A stretch of 64,000 nucleotides of DNA from Bacteroidota bacterium (GTDB taxonomy: Bacteria > Bacteroidota > Ignavibacteria > UBA10030 > UBA6906): the NCBI GenBank assembly GCA_035687895.1, contig DASRUE010000064.1:7281-71280 (forward strand). The letters run 5' to 3'. This document shows, one piece after another, positions 31,057-40,169 of the stretch. The notes beneath the pieces were generated by a model. The model was not told the origin of the DNA. It saw only the letters and a program-made list of their open reading frames with translations, and did no database searches. Each line of letters begins with the position of its first letter. Position 1 is the first letter of the stretch. The position numbers and the translations under genes are program-made.

Positions 31057-31569
31057 TTAGTGCTGAAGCATGCGGCGAGCAACCTCGCGCAGTGCATCCT
31101 TCGTAAGGAATTTCTGAACCAGGGGAAAGAGGATATGATTTTCTTTATGAATATGATTCACGAATCGTTGTACGATGGTTTTGGAGATTGCTTCCAGATC
31201 CACGGCAGCTTTCTTGTCCGACCTCCGACGACCTACTTTGTTTACCGCAGCCCGCAGCCTCGTGAACTCCTTTTTGAGGTACCTGTGGTCGCTTCGCATG
31301 AGCTTGGTGGGGCCTTCCACATATCGCTCCAGAACGGGAAACAAGGCATCCTCCTCGCTTTTGTTGTGGACGCCGACTTCTTCCTCAATAAACTCCAGCG
31401 CAACCAGCACCTTGCGGTACGCATCCTCCGAGAAACCGCTTTCCGCTATGGAACGCGTGGCTTTGTTCAGCGACGAAAGTTGTACGAGAGCCTCGTCATG
31501 TTCTTGCATCAGCTGAGCAATAGGGTCTATCCGACGATGCATGGATGTTGTCTGCGTCTTTTGGTTCAA
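31057..31569 (-). CDS. Hemerythrin-like (HHE cation-binding) domain protein
   Basis: 170 aa; paired H..E and HIHKENHILFPLV motifs. Confidence 0.55.
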   Translation of the reverse strand: MNQKTQTTSMHRRIDPIAQLMQEHDEALVQLSSLNKATRSIAESGFSEDAYRKVLVALEFIEEEVGVHNKSEEDALFPVLERYVEGPTKLMRSDHRYLKKEFTRLRAAVNKVGRRRSDKKAAVDLEAISKTIVQRFVNHIHKENHILFPLVQKFLTKDALREVARRMLQH

Positions 31570-31574
31570 GCAAT

Positions 31575-31874
31575 CTACACTGTTTCAAGGAGCGTTGTGT
31601 ACTTCATGCCACCTTCATCGACATACTCCTCCAATTTGCTCACCATCTTCTCAGCCATTTCATCCATGTTATCTTCCAGCGCATCAAATTCCTCAATGCT
31701 GTTGGTAACGAAGACTTCTGTAAACTGGTTCCTTTTTCCTTTCTGTTCGTAGACCGAGTAATTCTTGTTGGCAATGGTGGTGAAGTGGTCCTTCATACTC
31801 CTCACTAACGCAAGGTATTCTTCACGCAGCTCCGGCTTGACGCCATATGAAATGGTGAACATCACTCGTGGCAT
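31575..31874 (-). CDS. Hypothetical small alpha+beta protein
   Basis: 99 aa; no motif; co-directional and tightly spaced with the hemerythrin gene. Confidence 0.35.
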   Translation of the reverse strand: MPRVMFTISYGVKPELREEYLALVRSMKDHFTTIANKNYSVYEQKGKRNQFTEVFVTNSIEEFDALEDNMDEMAEKMVSKLEEYVDEGGMKYTTLLETV

Positions 31875-31910
31875 TACAGCGTTTCCTTTCGTTGATAGTG
31901 ATGAGTGAAC

Positions 31911-32282
31911 TTAGTACCCCGCGTCCCGAATCTCCTCTTCGTCCATCCCGAAGTAATGGGCAATCTCATGGATCAGCACCTCCCGAATTTTTCCGCGGAT
32001 CTCTTCACCTGATGCGCAAAGCCGTTCAATGTTGTCCTGATAGAGCGTAATCTTGTCAGGGACGACCGGCCACGCGCCATAGTGCAAGCCTCGATTGGTC
32101 AATGGAACGCCTTCGTACAACCCGAGCAGCATCGACTCCGGAGAAAGACCCACTTTGTGTTCCATCTCTCCAGTCGGTGTTGACTCCACCACGATCCTCA
32201 CATTTTCAATCTTCTGGAGCAACGGGTCCGGTAGTGCATCAAAGATCTCCTGTGCAAGTTCTTCAAATACCTCTCTCTTCAT
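31911..32282 (-). CDS. Zincin-like metallopeptidase family protein
   Basis: 123 aa; HEXXH in LIHEIAHYFGMDEEE. Confidence 0.6.
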   Translation of the reverse strand: MKREVFEELAQEIFDALPDPLLQKIENVRIVVESTPTGEMEHKVGLSPESMLLGLYEGVPLTNRGLHYGAWPVVPDKITLYQDNIERLCASGEEIRGKIREVLIHEIAHYFGMDEEEIRDAGY

Positions 32283-32288
32283 CTTCGC

Positions 32289-32981
32289 TCACACAAAGTA
32301 CAGCAGCAAAGCAACGGCCACGGTCAGAAGCAAGACGGAAAGGGAAACCAGCACTGTCTTCCCCCGGGTGAATCCGTTTGCTACGATAGTCCCCTCAACG
32401 AGGAGAAACCAGGACCATGCTACCGCCATTACATCAAAGGCAATCAGGACAATGTAGATGACTGGATTGATCACCAGCGGCGGTGGGTTCTTGCCGAAAA
32501 AATCCTGTCCAAAGATGGCGATTTCGACAGGAAAGACGAACACCAGCGATATCACGATCGGAACACATGCATAGGCCACAAGCGCATAGGTGTTCTTCAG
32601 GCCAGCCTTCCCACCGAACAGGCGTGCAGTCCAGCGGAGCACCACGCTTGCAACCAGGACGAACATAATACCCAGCGGCGGACCGAGGAGTATACCTGAT
32701 CCAACCAGCGTGAGCAAATTTGAAAATACTGGCCCGACGTCCTTATACCAGAAAACCGTGTATGCAAGCGCAGTCCCAAGCAAGCAGCTCAATAGGAAGA
32801 CGTAGTTTTTGTGATGCGAAAGAACGATTCGACGGAACCCCTCGCGTGGCGACTCAATCAGCTTCCAAACAGTTTCAAACAGATTAAGATTGTCGACCTT
32901 GGATTGAATGTAGCTCTTGCAGGAGAAACAGACTGTCGCAAAATCATCATTCTCTGCGTCGCAGATAGAGCATTTGATCAT
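32289..32981 (-). CDS. Zinc-ribbon plus Yip1-like polytopic membrane protein
   Basis: 230 aa; N-terminal CxxC...CxxC (CSICDA...CFSCKS) followed by five predicted transmembrane helices. Confidence 0.5.
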   Translation of the reverse strand: MIKCSICDAENDDFATVCFSCKSYIQSKVDNLNLFETVWKLIESPREGFRRIVLSHHKNYVFLLSCLLGTALAYTVFWYKDVGPVFSNLLTLVGSGILLGPPLGIMFVLVASVVLRWTARLFGGKAGLKNTYALVAYACVPIVISLVFVFPVEIAIFGQDFFGKNPPPLVINPVIYIVLIAFDVMAVAWSWFLLVEGTIVANGFTRGKTVLVSLSVLLLTVAVALLLYFV

Positions 32982-33146
32982 GCTTGATCCGCTCTTGATG
33001 CCTCGGAGAATGGCCGTTCTCCGTCAAATGTCTTACCCTGCATGCATGACTGTCTCACGCAGCTCTTGCAAGCGTAGGTATATCAATTGGTTAACAGTAT
33101 ACCAATTTTCAGTCTCTTTAGCAATGGATTTCTTGCGGTAGTTGTC

Positions 33147-34517
33147 CTAGAGCGGTGCAAATCGAGCCGTGAAGTGCCGCAGGACGGGAGCCTCCTCAAT
33201 GATTTTGTAACCATGGAGAGATTGACGGCGCTGGAACGCCTCAACAACAACTTCGATCACATAATCAATGTGACTTTGCGTGTACACCCTCCGGGGTATG
33301 GCAAGTCTTACCAGTTCCATGCGCGCTGGAATGAGCTTGCCATCATTCCCGTACTTGCCGAACATAACGCTTCCAATCTCTACTGATCTGATGCCCCCGA
33401 GTCGGAAGAGCTCAACAACGAGAGCCTGACCAGGATATTGGTCTGGAGGAATGTGAGAAAGAAATGCCTTGGCATTCAGATAAATGGCATGCCCACCAGG
33501 CGGCCGTAGAATAGGGACACCCGCTTCGACCAAGCGCTCACCAAGATATTCCACAGACCGGATGCGGTACTGCAAATAGTGTTCGTCTAACACTTCATCA
33601 AGACCCTGAGCGATTGCCTCAAGGTCACGACCTGCCAATCCACCATATGTTGTGAAACCTTCCGTCATGATCAGGAGGTTACGAGCACCAAAAGCCAGCT
33701 TATCGTCATTCATCGCAAGAAAGCCGCCCATATTCACGAGGCCATCTTTCTTTGCGCTCATGGTGGCTCCGTCTGCGTACGAGAACATTTCGCGTACTAT
33801 CTCAGAAATTGCTTTTGTCGCGTAGCCTTCTTCTCTGCGCTTGATGAAGTATGCATTCTCTGCAAACCGGCAAGCATCCAGAAAGAGAGGAATGCCGTAT
33901 TTGCTGCACACTCTTTTTGTTTCCCGAATATTCTGCATTGCAACCGGTTGACCGCCGCCGGAATTATTGGTGATTGTGATCATGCAAAGGGGGATACGCT
34001 CGCTCCCTACCTTCTTGATGAACTCTTCCAGAGCAATCACATCCATATTTCCTTTGAAGTCGGCGATAATCTCGGGATCCTTTCCGATTTCTATCGGAAG
34101 GTCTACCGCTTCAGCTCCCGTGAATTCAACATTAGCCCGGGTGGTATCAAAATGGGAGTTGTTCGGAATGTACTTCCCTTTCCCACCCACGAGGCTGAAT
34201 AAGATTTTTTCGGCTGCTCTCCCTTGGTGTGTCGGAACAATGTAGGTGAAGCCCGTCAACTCTCTCACTTTTTTCTCGAATCGGAAGAAACTACGGGCGC
34301 CCGCATACGATTCATCCCCCTCCATCATCCCTGCCCATTGCTTCGCGCTCATGGCAGACGTGCCGCTGTCCGTCAACAGATCGATCAGCACATCGTCAGA
34401 AGGAATGAGGAACATGTTGTAGTCTGCTCGCTTTAAGACGGCTGTACGCTCGTCCACAGTGGTGAACCGGATTGGCTCGACCGATTTGATTTTGAAGGGT
34501 TCTATGATCGTTTTCAT
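33147..34517 (-). CDS. tnaA: Beta-eliminating lyase (tryptophanase / tyrosine phenol-lyase family)
   Basis: 456 aa; IDLLTDSGTSAMSAKQWAGMMEGDESYAG and a PLP-lysine region; matches both TnaA and Tpl. Confidence 0.85.
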   Translation of the reverse strand: MKTIIEPFKIKSVEPIRFTTVDERTAVLKRADYNMFLIPSDDVLIDLLTDSGTSAMSAKQWAGMMEGDESYAGARSFFRFEKKVRELTGFTYIVPTHQGRAAEKILFSLVGGKGKYIPNNSHFDTTRANVEFTGAEAVDLPIEIGKDPEIIADFKGNMDVIALEEFIKKVGSERIPLCMITITNNSGGGQPVAMQNIRETKRVCSKYGIPLFLDACRFAENAYFIKRREEGYATKAISEIVREMFSYADGATMSAKKDGLVNMGGFLAMNDDKLAFGARNLLIMTEGFTTYGGLAGRDLEAIAQGLDEVLDEHYLQYRIRSVEYLGERLVEAGVPILRPPGGHAIYLNAKAFLSHIPPDQYPGQALVVELFRLGGIRSVEIGSVMFGKYGNDGKLIPARMELVRLAIPRRVYTQSHIDYVIEVVVEAFQRRQSLHGYKIIEEAPVLRHFTARFAPL

Positions 34518-34579
34518 GGCAAAATGAAGGATGGATTAATGAATACGCAAAGAACGAGGCATCATATAGTGATGGGGGG

Positions 34580-35236
34580 TTGCTGAACAAATCTACAGGA
34601 CCGGCTCCTCTATTGCAAGGGTGTCAGCGCTCACTTGAACAGAATGTTGATTTCCCTTACTTTGAAAACAAGCATTCAGGAAAAGGAGACGTGAAACTTT
34701 TCAGAAAACAGCATCGTCCTGAGGATCTTGGTGGCATGATCTACGAGGCGCTCCGCTCGGGTATGGAATCAGGGGGTGATCTCTCGATGAACGGATTCCT
34801 ACGGAGTCTTGATCGGGGCCCCGCAGAACTCGACGAGCAGTACGTCGGAGAGATCATGGTAGGCCTTATGTTTGGCGCGGCCCTTGCAATTGAGCGGTCT
34901 GCCTCTTTACGGGTTGCCGAACAAATCGACTCGGGAATGAAAACTGAGTTTTTCAGCCATATCATGGAACAGGGGGCCTCCGCCGTGGAAAAGGCGGAAT
35001 GGGAGGCTGTCATCGCCGATCACTTCCTAGCATACCGTCAATGCCTCGAGGATTATTCAGGCTTCGAACCACCCTGGAAAGTAGGGCGACAATTCTATTG
35101 GAATCTTATTGGCAGCGAGGAGTATAACGCGATGGCGATCAAGATTGCCACGCTCTACATGCTCACTGCACGGGATGTCTCCCAGGACCTGCTCAACGAA
35201 TACGGTCCTACTCTGCTTGTGGAAAAAGGGATCTGA
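34580..35236 (+). CDS. Hypothetical protein
   Basis: 218 aa; ORF only; start uncertain. Confidence 0.3.
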   Translation: MLNKSTGPAPLLQGCQRSLEQNVDFPYFENKHSGKGDVKLFRKQHRPEDLGGMIYEALRSGMESGGDLSMNGFLRSLDRGPAELDEQYVGEIMVGLMFGAALAIERSASLRVAEQIDSGMKTEFFSHIMEQGASAVEKAEWEAVIADHFLAYRQCLEDYSGFEPPWKVGRQFYWNLIGSEEYNAMAIKIATLYMLTARDVSQDLLNEYGPTLLVEKGI

Positions 35237-35251
35237 GAAAGAGATCCTTCC

Positions 35252-35851
35252 TCACCTCAAACCCTCAAGGGTCGCGAGCACACCTTCAACGTGCTTTTCA
35301 ATCAGAATTTCGTGGTGAAAAACTCCACGAACAATCCCCTCTTTATCGATCACATACGTAACTCTCTTCGGTGGCAGTAGGCGTCCTCCCGGACGGGTGG
35401 CTCCATATGCGCTGGCAATCTCTGCAGTCGTATCACTGATAAGTGGAAACGGGAGATTGTACTTTTCGACAAATTGACTGTGCGAGCGCTCGGGATCGCG
35501 GCTCACACCGAACATTACGGCGCCCATGTCGGCAATATGAGAGTAGTTGTCACGGTATGAGCAAACCTGTTTCGTGCAGCCCCGAGTGAAATCCTTAGGA
35601 TAGAAGAACAGGACAACGTGTTTCTTGCGTCTGAAATTGCCAAGCGAAACCACTTCCCCACCGCTGAGACGTGCGACAAACTGCGGGGCGGTGTCGCCAA
35701 CGCTCAAGAGGCCGGTACGTTCTTCCAGCATAACCATGCCTCCGGCTATGAGAAGAATGATGAGAAGTCCGAAGATCAACCGTTTACGTTTCACTGCCCG
35801 TCCCGGCGCCGGAGGCAGAGGTGGCAGGTCCCTTACTCGTGATCGATCCAA
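35252..35851 (-). CDS. Membrane-anchored peroxiredoxin (Bcp-type)
   Basis: FFYPKDFTRGCTKQVC peroxidatic motif preceded by a transmembrane segment. The ORF-track start overlaps the RND pump's 3' end by 68 nt. An in-frame GTG at about 35794 would remove the overlap. Confidence 0.65.
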   Translation of the reverse strand: MDRSRVRDLPPLPPAPGRAVKRKRLIFGLLIILLIAGGMVMLEERTGLLSVGDTAPQFVARLSGGEVVSLGNFRRKKHVVLFFYPKDFTRGCTKQVCSYRDNYSHIADMGAVMFGVSRDPERSHSQFVEKYNLPFPLISDTTAEIASAYGATRPGGRLLPPKRVTYVIDKEGIVRGVFHHEILIEKHVEGVLATLEGLR

Positions 35852-38800
35852 GCCGATTCCTCACATCACGCAGGCGACCCTTGAGCGCGATCCCCCACGA
35901 CTCGAACAACGAATAGAACGTGGGGATCACTACCAGAGTCAGGAAGGTCGAGACCGTCAAGCCGGAAATTATCGAGATGCCCAACGGGCGCCAGAAGTCG
36001 GCGCTCTCTGCACCGATCACAAAATGGAATTTCCTCCAATCAAAGTCGAATCCTGTGGCAAGGGGGAGGATTCCAAGGACGGTCGTGGCTGCAGTGAGTA
36101 GAACCGGGCGGAGTCTCGTTCTGCCTGCTTCCACAAGCGCTTCGTCGAGTGTTAGGCCGGATTCACGAAGGTGCTTCATGAAGTCAAGCAATACAATGGC
36201 ATTCTTCACAACGATACCAGAGAGAGCTATTACACCAATGCCGGTCATGATGATGCTGAACGGCGTCAATGTCGCCAGCAATCCTATGAACACACCTACG
36301 AGCGACAAGGGAACGGACAGCATGATGACAAACGGGACCTTGATGGAATTGAATTCCATCACAAGGATGAGAAACACCATCAGCAGGGTAATCACGAGAG
36401 CCTGAGTCAGAAAAGCTGCAGCCTTCTGTTGTTCTTCATCCTCGCCGGAGTATTTGATCGTGTAACCACCGGGCAAGTCAAACTGCGCCAGGGAGGACTT
36501 GACGTCCTGCAGCACTTCCGATGCAAGTCTCCCCTGGACATCGCCAGTGATCGTGATGACCCGCTTCTGATCTTTTCGTTGGATATCGGCTAGACCCGCC
36601 GTCTTTCGGATCGTAGCGACGCTGACCAGCGGGACCGAAACGAGCTTGCCTTGCTTGTTCATGAATGTAATCATCAGATTCTCCAGATCCGCCGGCGAAG
36701 ATCGTTGATTCCCCTGTAACCGGACACGGATCTTGTACTCGTCTTCACCGAGACGATACTTTGATGCCTCCGTACCATTGATTGCTGATCGCACAGTGTT
36801 GGCGACCTGGTCGGTATTCATCCACAACAACGCTGCTTTTTCACGGTCCACCTCGACTTCGATTTCCGGCTTTCCGGCATTGTAGTCATCCTTGACATCA
36901 ACGAGATTGGAGATTTGTTTGATTTGTCCCTGGATGCGAGAACTCAGCGCAGCAAGCTGCGCGTAGTCTTCGCCTGCAATTTCAATGCTCACCGGGGCCC
37001 CCACAGGGGGTCCCATGGCCTGTTTGCTCACCTTGATATCAGCACCCGGGATTCCGGTCGAATGGTTGCGGATTTCATCGATTGTCTGGAAACTGCTTTG
37101 CTTTCGCTTGGACTTCTCGAAAAAGTTTACTGCAATCTGTCCCTTATTAGAGGTCCCCTGTCCCCCGAAATCAAACGGATTGTCCGAGGTGCCGACGCTC
37201 GTCACGACGAACTCCATGTCGTTCTTGCCAGGCACGTTGCGGAAACGTTCCTCAAGCTCGTGAGCAATTTTATTGGTCACCTCCAGAGATGTCCCCGAAG
37301 GAGCTTCTATGGTCACATTCGCCATGTTCGGTTGTGTATTCGGGAAGAACACGATGCCTTTATTGAGAAGTCCGAAGAGGGCGGTGATCAAGACAAGAAC
37401 GCCCATCGAAGCCAGGATTGTTGTCCCCTTGCGCTGGAGAGCCCACCGAAGAGTGCCAGCGTACGTTTCTTGTGCCCAGGGGAAAAACCGCTCGTCGACT
37501 TTGTGGTAGATGATCGTGATCGGATTATACCTTTTGTACCAGTGGGGGTGTTCAAGGTTCTCTTTTGCCTTCCGGATTTCCTTTTTATAGTTGATCCACT
37601 GAGCACCCTGGACAGGGCTTATCACAAACGCTACAAATAGAGAGGCACCCAGTGTATAGATCAAAGTCAGTGGGAGGTACTTCATGAAGTCACCAACCAC
37701 ACCCGGCCAGAACAGGAGCGGGACAAACGCCGCAAGTGTGGTGACTGTTGACGTGATGATGGGAACCGAAACCTCCGCCGTCCCGTCCTTGGCCGCATGG
37801 ATGGGGTCCTTGTCGTATGTTTGTTGATGCCGGTAAATGTTCTCAATCACCACGATAGCATCGTCCACGAGGATCCCCAAAACAAGCACCAGTCCGAAGA
37901 GAACCACAAAGTTCAGCGTAATACCGACGAGACCGAGAATGATGAACCCGATGAACATGGAGAGTGGAATCGCGGTGGAGATGAGAAGCGAGTTCTTGAA
38001 TCCGAAAAACATGAAAAGGAGCACCACAACAAGGAACATCCCGGTCATAATGCTGTTTTCCAACTCTCCCACCATGCGAGCAATGGTGATGGACTGGTCG
38101 TTGGAGATTGTCAACGTCACTCCTGGGGGCAACGCGGGGCGTGTTTCGTTCACGATCTTTTTCACTTCGCCGGCAATCCGGACGAGATTCTCTCCTGCGC
38201 GCTTGCGCACTGCAAGCGTCACAACCTCCTCGTCGTTCAATCGTGCATATGTAAGTCTATCTTCAAACGAGTACTCAACACTCGCCACGTCCCGGACATA
38301 GATCGGCTTTCCATTCTGGAGCTTGACGATGATGCCCTCGATCGGTCCGACCTGCTTATATTCACCAGGGACCCTTACAGAGAAATTTGTCGTTTCGTTG
38401 TCAATCGATCCACCCGGTATCGAGACGTTCTCTCCTTTGATAGCGTTGACGAGGTCATCGAAACTGATCTTGTAGCCATTCAAAAGGGTCACATCGCAGT
38501 TCACCTGGACCTCCGGTTCGAGCCCTCCATTCAGATCTGCGCGCAATACACCGGGGATCGCTTCAAACTTGTCCTGCAAATTCTCGGCGATTTTCTTGAG
38601 CCTCGCGATACCAAAATTCCCCCCGACATTCACATACATGATGGGGAATTCGCTGAAGTTAATTTCCGACACAACCGGATCGAGGACGTCGGACGGAAGT
38701 TCCGGACGAGTCGAATTCACTTCGTCCCTGACGCGCCGGAGGGCCTCATCAATATCGACCCCAACAGTGAACTCCACCCGCACTGTTGAGAGCCCTTCCT

Positions 38801-39059
38801 TCGAGGCTGACGTGATCTGCTTGATGTCTTTCAGAGACTTCAGGTTCCGTTCAAGCGGTTGCGTGACGAGTCCCTCCACGTCGGAAGGTGCTACACCAAC
38901 ATACGGCGTGGAAACAATCACCAAAGGAATCGTGATATCCGGCGCCGCTTCGCGCGGTAACTCACTATATGAATTCCATCCCACGATCACGATAATCGCT
39001 ATCAGGATGTACACCGCAACTCGATTGTCAACGGCGAGATTCGAAATACGCATATACAT
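35784..39059 (-). CDS. RND efflux transporter permease (AcrB/CzcA family)
   Basis: 1091 aa; 12 transmembrane helices with two large periplasmic loops; typical RND motifs. Confidence 0.85.
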   Translation of the reverse strand: MYMRISNLAVDNRVAVYILIAIIVIVGWNSYSELPREAAPDITIPLVIVSTPYVGVAPSDVEGLVTQPLERNLKSLKDIKQITSASKEGLSTVRVEFTVGVDIDEALRRVRDEVNSTRPELPSDVLDPVVSEINFSEFPIMYVNVGGNFGIARLKKIAENLQDKFEAIPGVLRADLNGGLEPEVQVNCDVTLLNGYKISFDDLVNAIKGENVSIPGGSIDNETTNFSVRVPGEYKQVGPIEGIIVKLQNGKPIYVRDVASVEYSFEDRLTYARLNDEEVVTLAVRKRAGENLVRIAGEVKKIVNETRPALPPGVTLTISNDQSITIARMVGELENSIMTGMFLVVVLLFMFFGFKNSLLISTAIPLSMFIGFIILGLVGITLNFVVLFGLVLVLGILVDDAIVVIENIYRHQQTYDKDPIHAAKDGTAEVSVPIITSTVTTLAAFVPLLFWPGVVGDFMKYLPLTLIYTLGASLFVAFVISPVQGAQWINYKKEIRKAKENLEHPHWYKRYNPITIIYHKVDERFFPWAQETYAGTLRWALQRKGTTILASMGVLVLITALFGLLNKGIVFFPNTQPNMANVTIEAPSGTSLEVTNKIAHELEERFRNVPGKNDMEFVVTSVGTSDNPFDFGGQGTSNKGQIAVNFFEKSKRKQSSFQTIDEIRNHSTGIPGADIKVSKQAMGPPVGAPVSIEIAGEDYAQLAALSSRIQGQIKQISNLVDVKDDYNAGKPEIEVEVDREKAALLWMNTDQVANTVRSAINGTEASKYRLGEDEYKIRVRLQGNQRSSPADLENLMITFMNKQGKLVSVPLVSVATIRKTAGLADIQRKDQKRVITITGDVQGRLASEVLQDVKSSLAQFDLPGGYTIKYSGEDEEQQKAAAFLTQALVITLLMVFLILVMEFNSIKVPFVIMLSVPLSLVGVFIGLLATLTPFSIIMTGIGVIALSGIVVKNAIVLLDFMKHLRESGLTLDEALVEAGRTRLRPVLLTAATTVLGILPLATGFDFDWRKFHFVIGAESADFWRPLGISIISGLTVSTFLTLVVIPTFYSLFESWGIALKGRLRDVRNRLGSITSKGPATSASGAGTGSET

Positions 39060-39080
39060 TTCTATGGATTTAGAAACCAG

Positions 39081-40169
39081 TTAGCGGGCTACCACAACAG
39101 TTTGCCCGTCCGCAACATTTTGGTAACCGGAAGTGATAACCCGATCACCAATTTCGAGCCCCGCGAGGATTTCCACCTTACCTTCCCCGTGGCCACCGAG
39201 CTGGACGGATCGCTCGACCGCCCTGCCATCCTTCACAAGATAGACAACAAACTTTTGACGGTCCACCTGTTGAATGATGTCGCCATCGACCAGCAGAGCT
39301 TTCTTTTTCATGGACTGCAAGACAAACACCCTGCCGATCATCTCCGGCTTCAGTTTTCTGCCCGGGTTCGAGATCACCACTTCCACAGGGAATGTCCTGT
39401 TATCCGGCGACACGGTTGCGCCGATATAACTGATCCGCCCGGAGAATTCCTCTTCCGGATAGGCCAATACAGTCATTGTCACAGGGGTCCCGAGCGTGAT
39501 GCTTCCCGCGTAGCGTTCTGGGACATTGATGAGGATTTTGACCTGGCTTATATTCACTACGCGAGCGATTGGAACTCCCGCCTGCGCCATTTCACCTTCA
39601 TCAACGAAACGGTCATCGAGGATCCCCCCCACCGGGCTCCGGATTTGTGTCCGCTCCAGGCGTGCACGCATCATTTCCGCCTGTGCCTTTGCCGCATCGC
39701 GTCCATACTCGGAGGTCTTCACTTGCCATTCACTGACTCCCTGTTCAGCGAACACTGAACGTTGTTTCTGATACGTCAACTCAGTTGTCTTGTACTGGGC
39801 GTCGGCTGCCTCATAGTTGGGACGAAGCACGTCATCTTTCATCGTCACCAGAACATCGTTCTTCTTTACATAGTGGCCCTTCGACACCTTCCATTCATTG
39901 ACCACACCTCCTTCTTCCGGACTGATCATCACGTCCTCGTATGCCTTAACAATGCCGGTTAGTTGGATCCGTTCCGTGAAAGCCTCAGGAACAAGTTCGT
40001 ACACCGAAACGGTAACTGCCCGTTCGTTGCTCTTGTTTGTAGTTGAGGTCTCGTCTGCATTCGAATCGCCGCACCCCAGTGAAGAACATGCAATCAAGGT
40101 GCCGGCGAGAGCAGGTACAATCAAATTGAAGTGGTACTTCATTTTACCATTGTCTCCAAGGATGATCAT
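39081..40169 (-). CDS. RND efflux periplasmic adaptor (HlyD/MFP family)
   Basis: 362 aa; lipoprotein-like leader, coiled-coil and beta-barrel regions; 4-nt overlap with the upstream gene. Confidence 0.8.
   Translation of the reverse strand: MIILGDNGKMKYHFNLIVPALAGTLIACSSLGCGDSNADETSTTNKSNERAVTVSVYELVPEAFTERIQLTGIVKAYEDVMISPEEGGVVNEWKVSKGHYVKKNDVLVTMKDDVLRPNYEAADAQYKTTELTYQKQRSVFAEQGVSEWQVKTSEYGRDAAKAQAEMMRARLERTQIRSPVGGILDDRFVDEGEMAQAGVPIARVVNISQVKILINVPERYAGSITLGTPVTMTVLAYPEEEFSGRISYIGATVSPDNRTFPVEVVISNPGRKLKPEMIGRVFVLQSMKKKALLVDGDIIQQVDRQKFVVYLVKDGRAVERSVQLGGHGEGKVEILAGLEIGDRVITSGYQNVADGQTVVVAR

Noticed and set aside
31033-31752. 239-aa plus-strand ORF
   Set aside because: Antisense to two minus-strand genes with recognisable domains (hemerythrin HHE; tightly spaced 99-aa gene). 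Low-complexity Ser/Leu-rich translation typical of antisense frames.
37797-38789. 330-aa plus-strand ORF, plus other plus-strand ORFs 35920-36405, 36915-37640 and 38569-39084
   Set aside because: All antisense to the 1091-aa RND permease, whose motifs are unambiguous. His/Asp-rich translations are mirror-frame artefacts.
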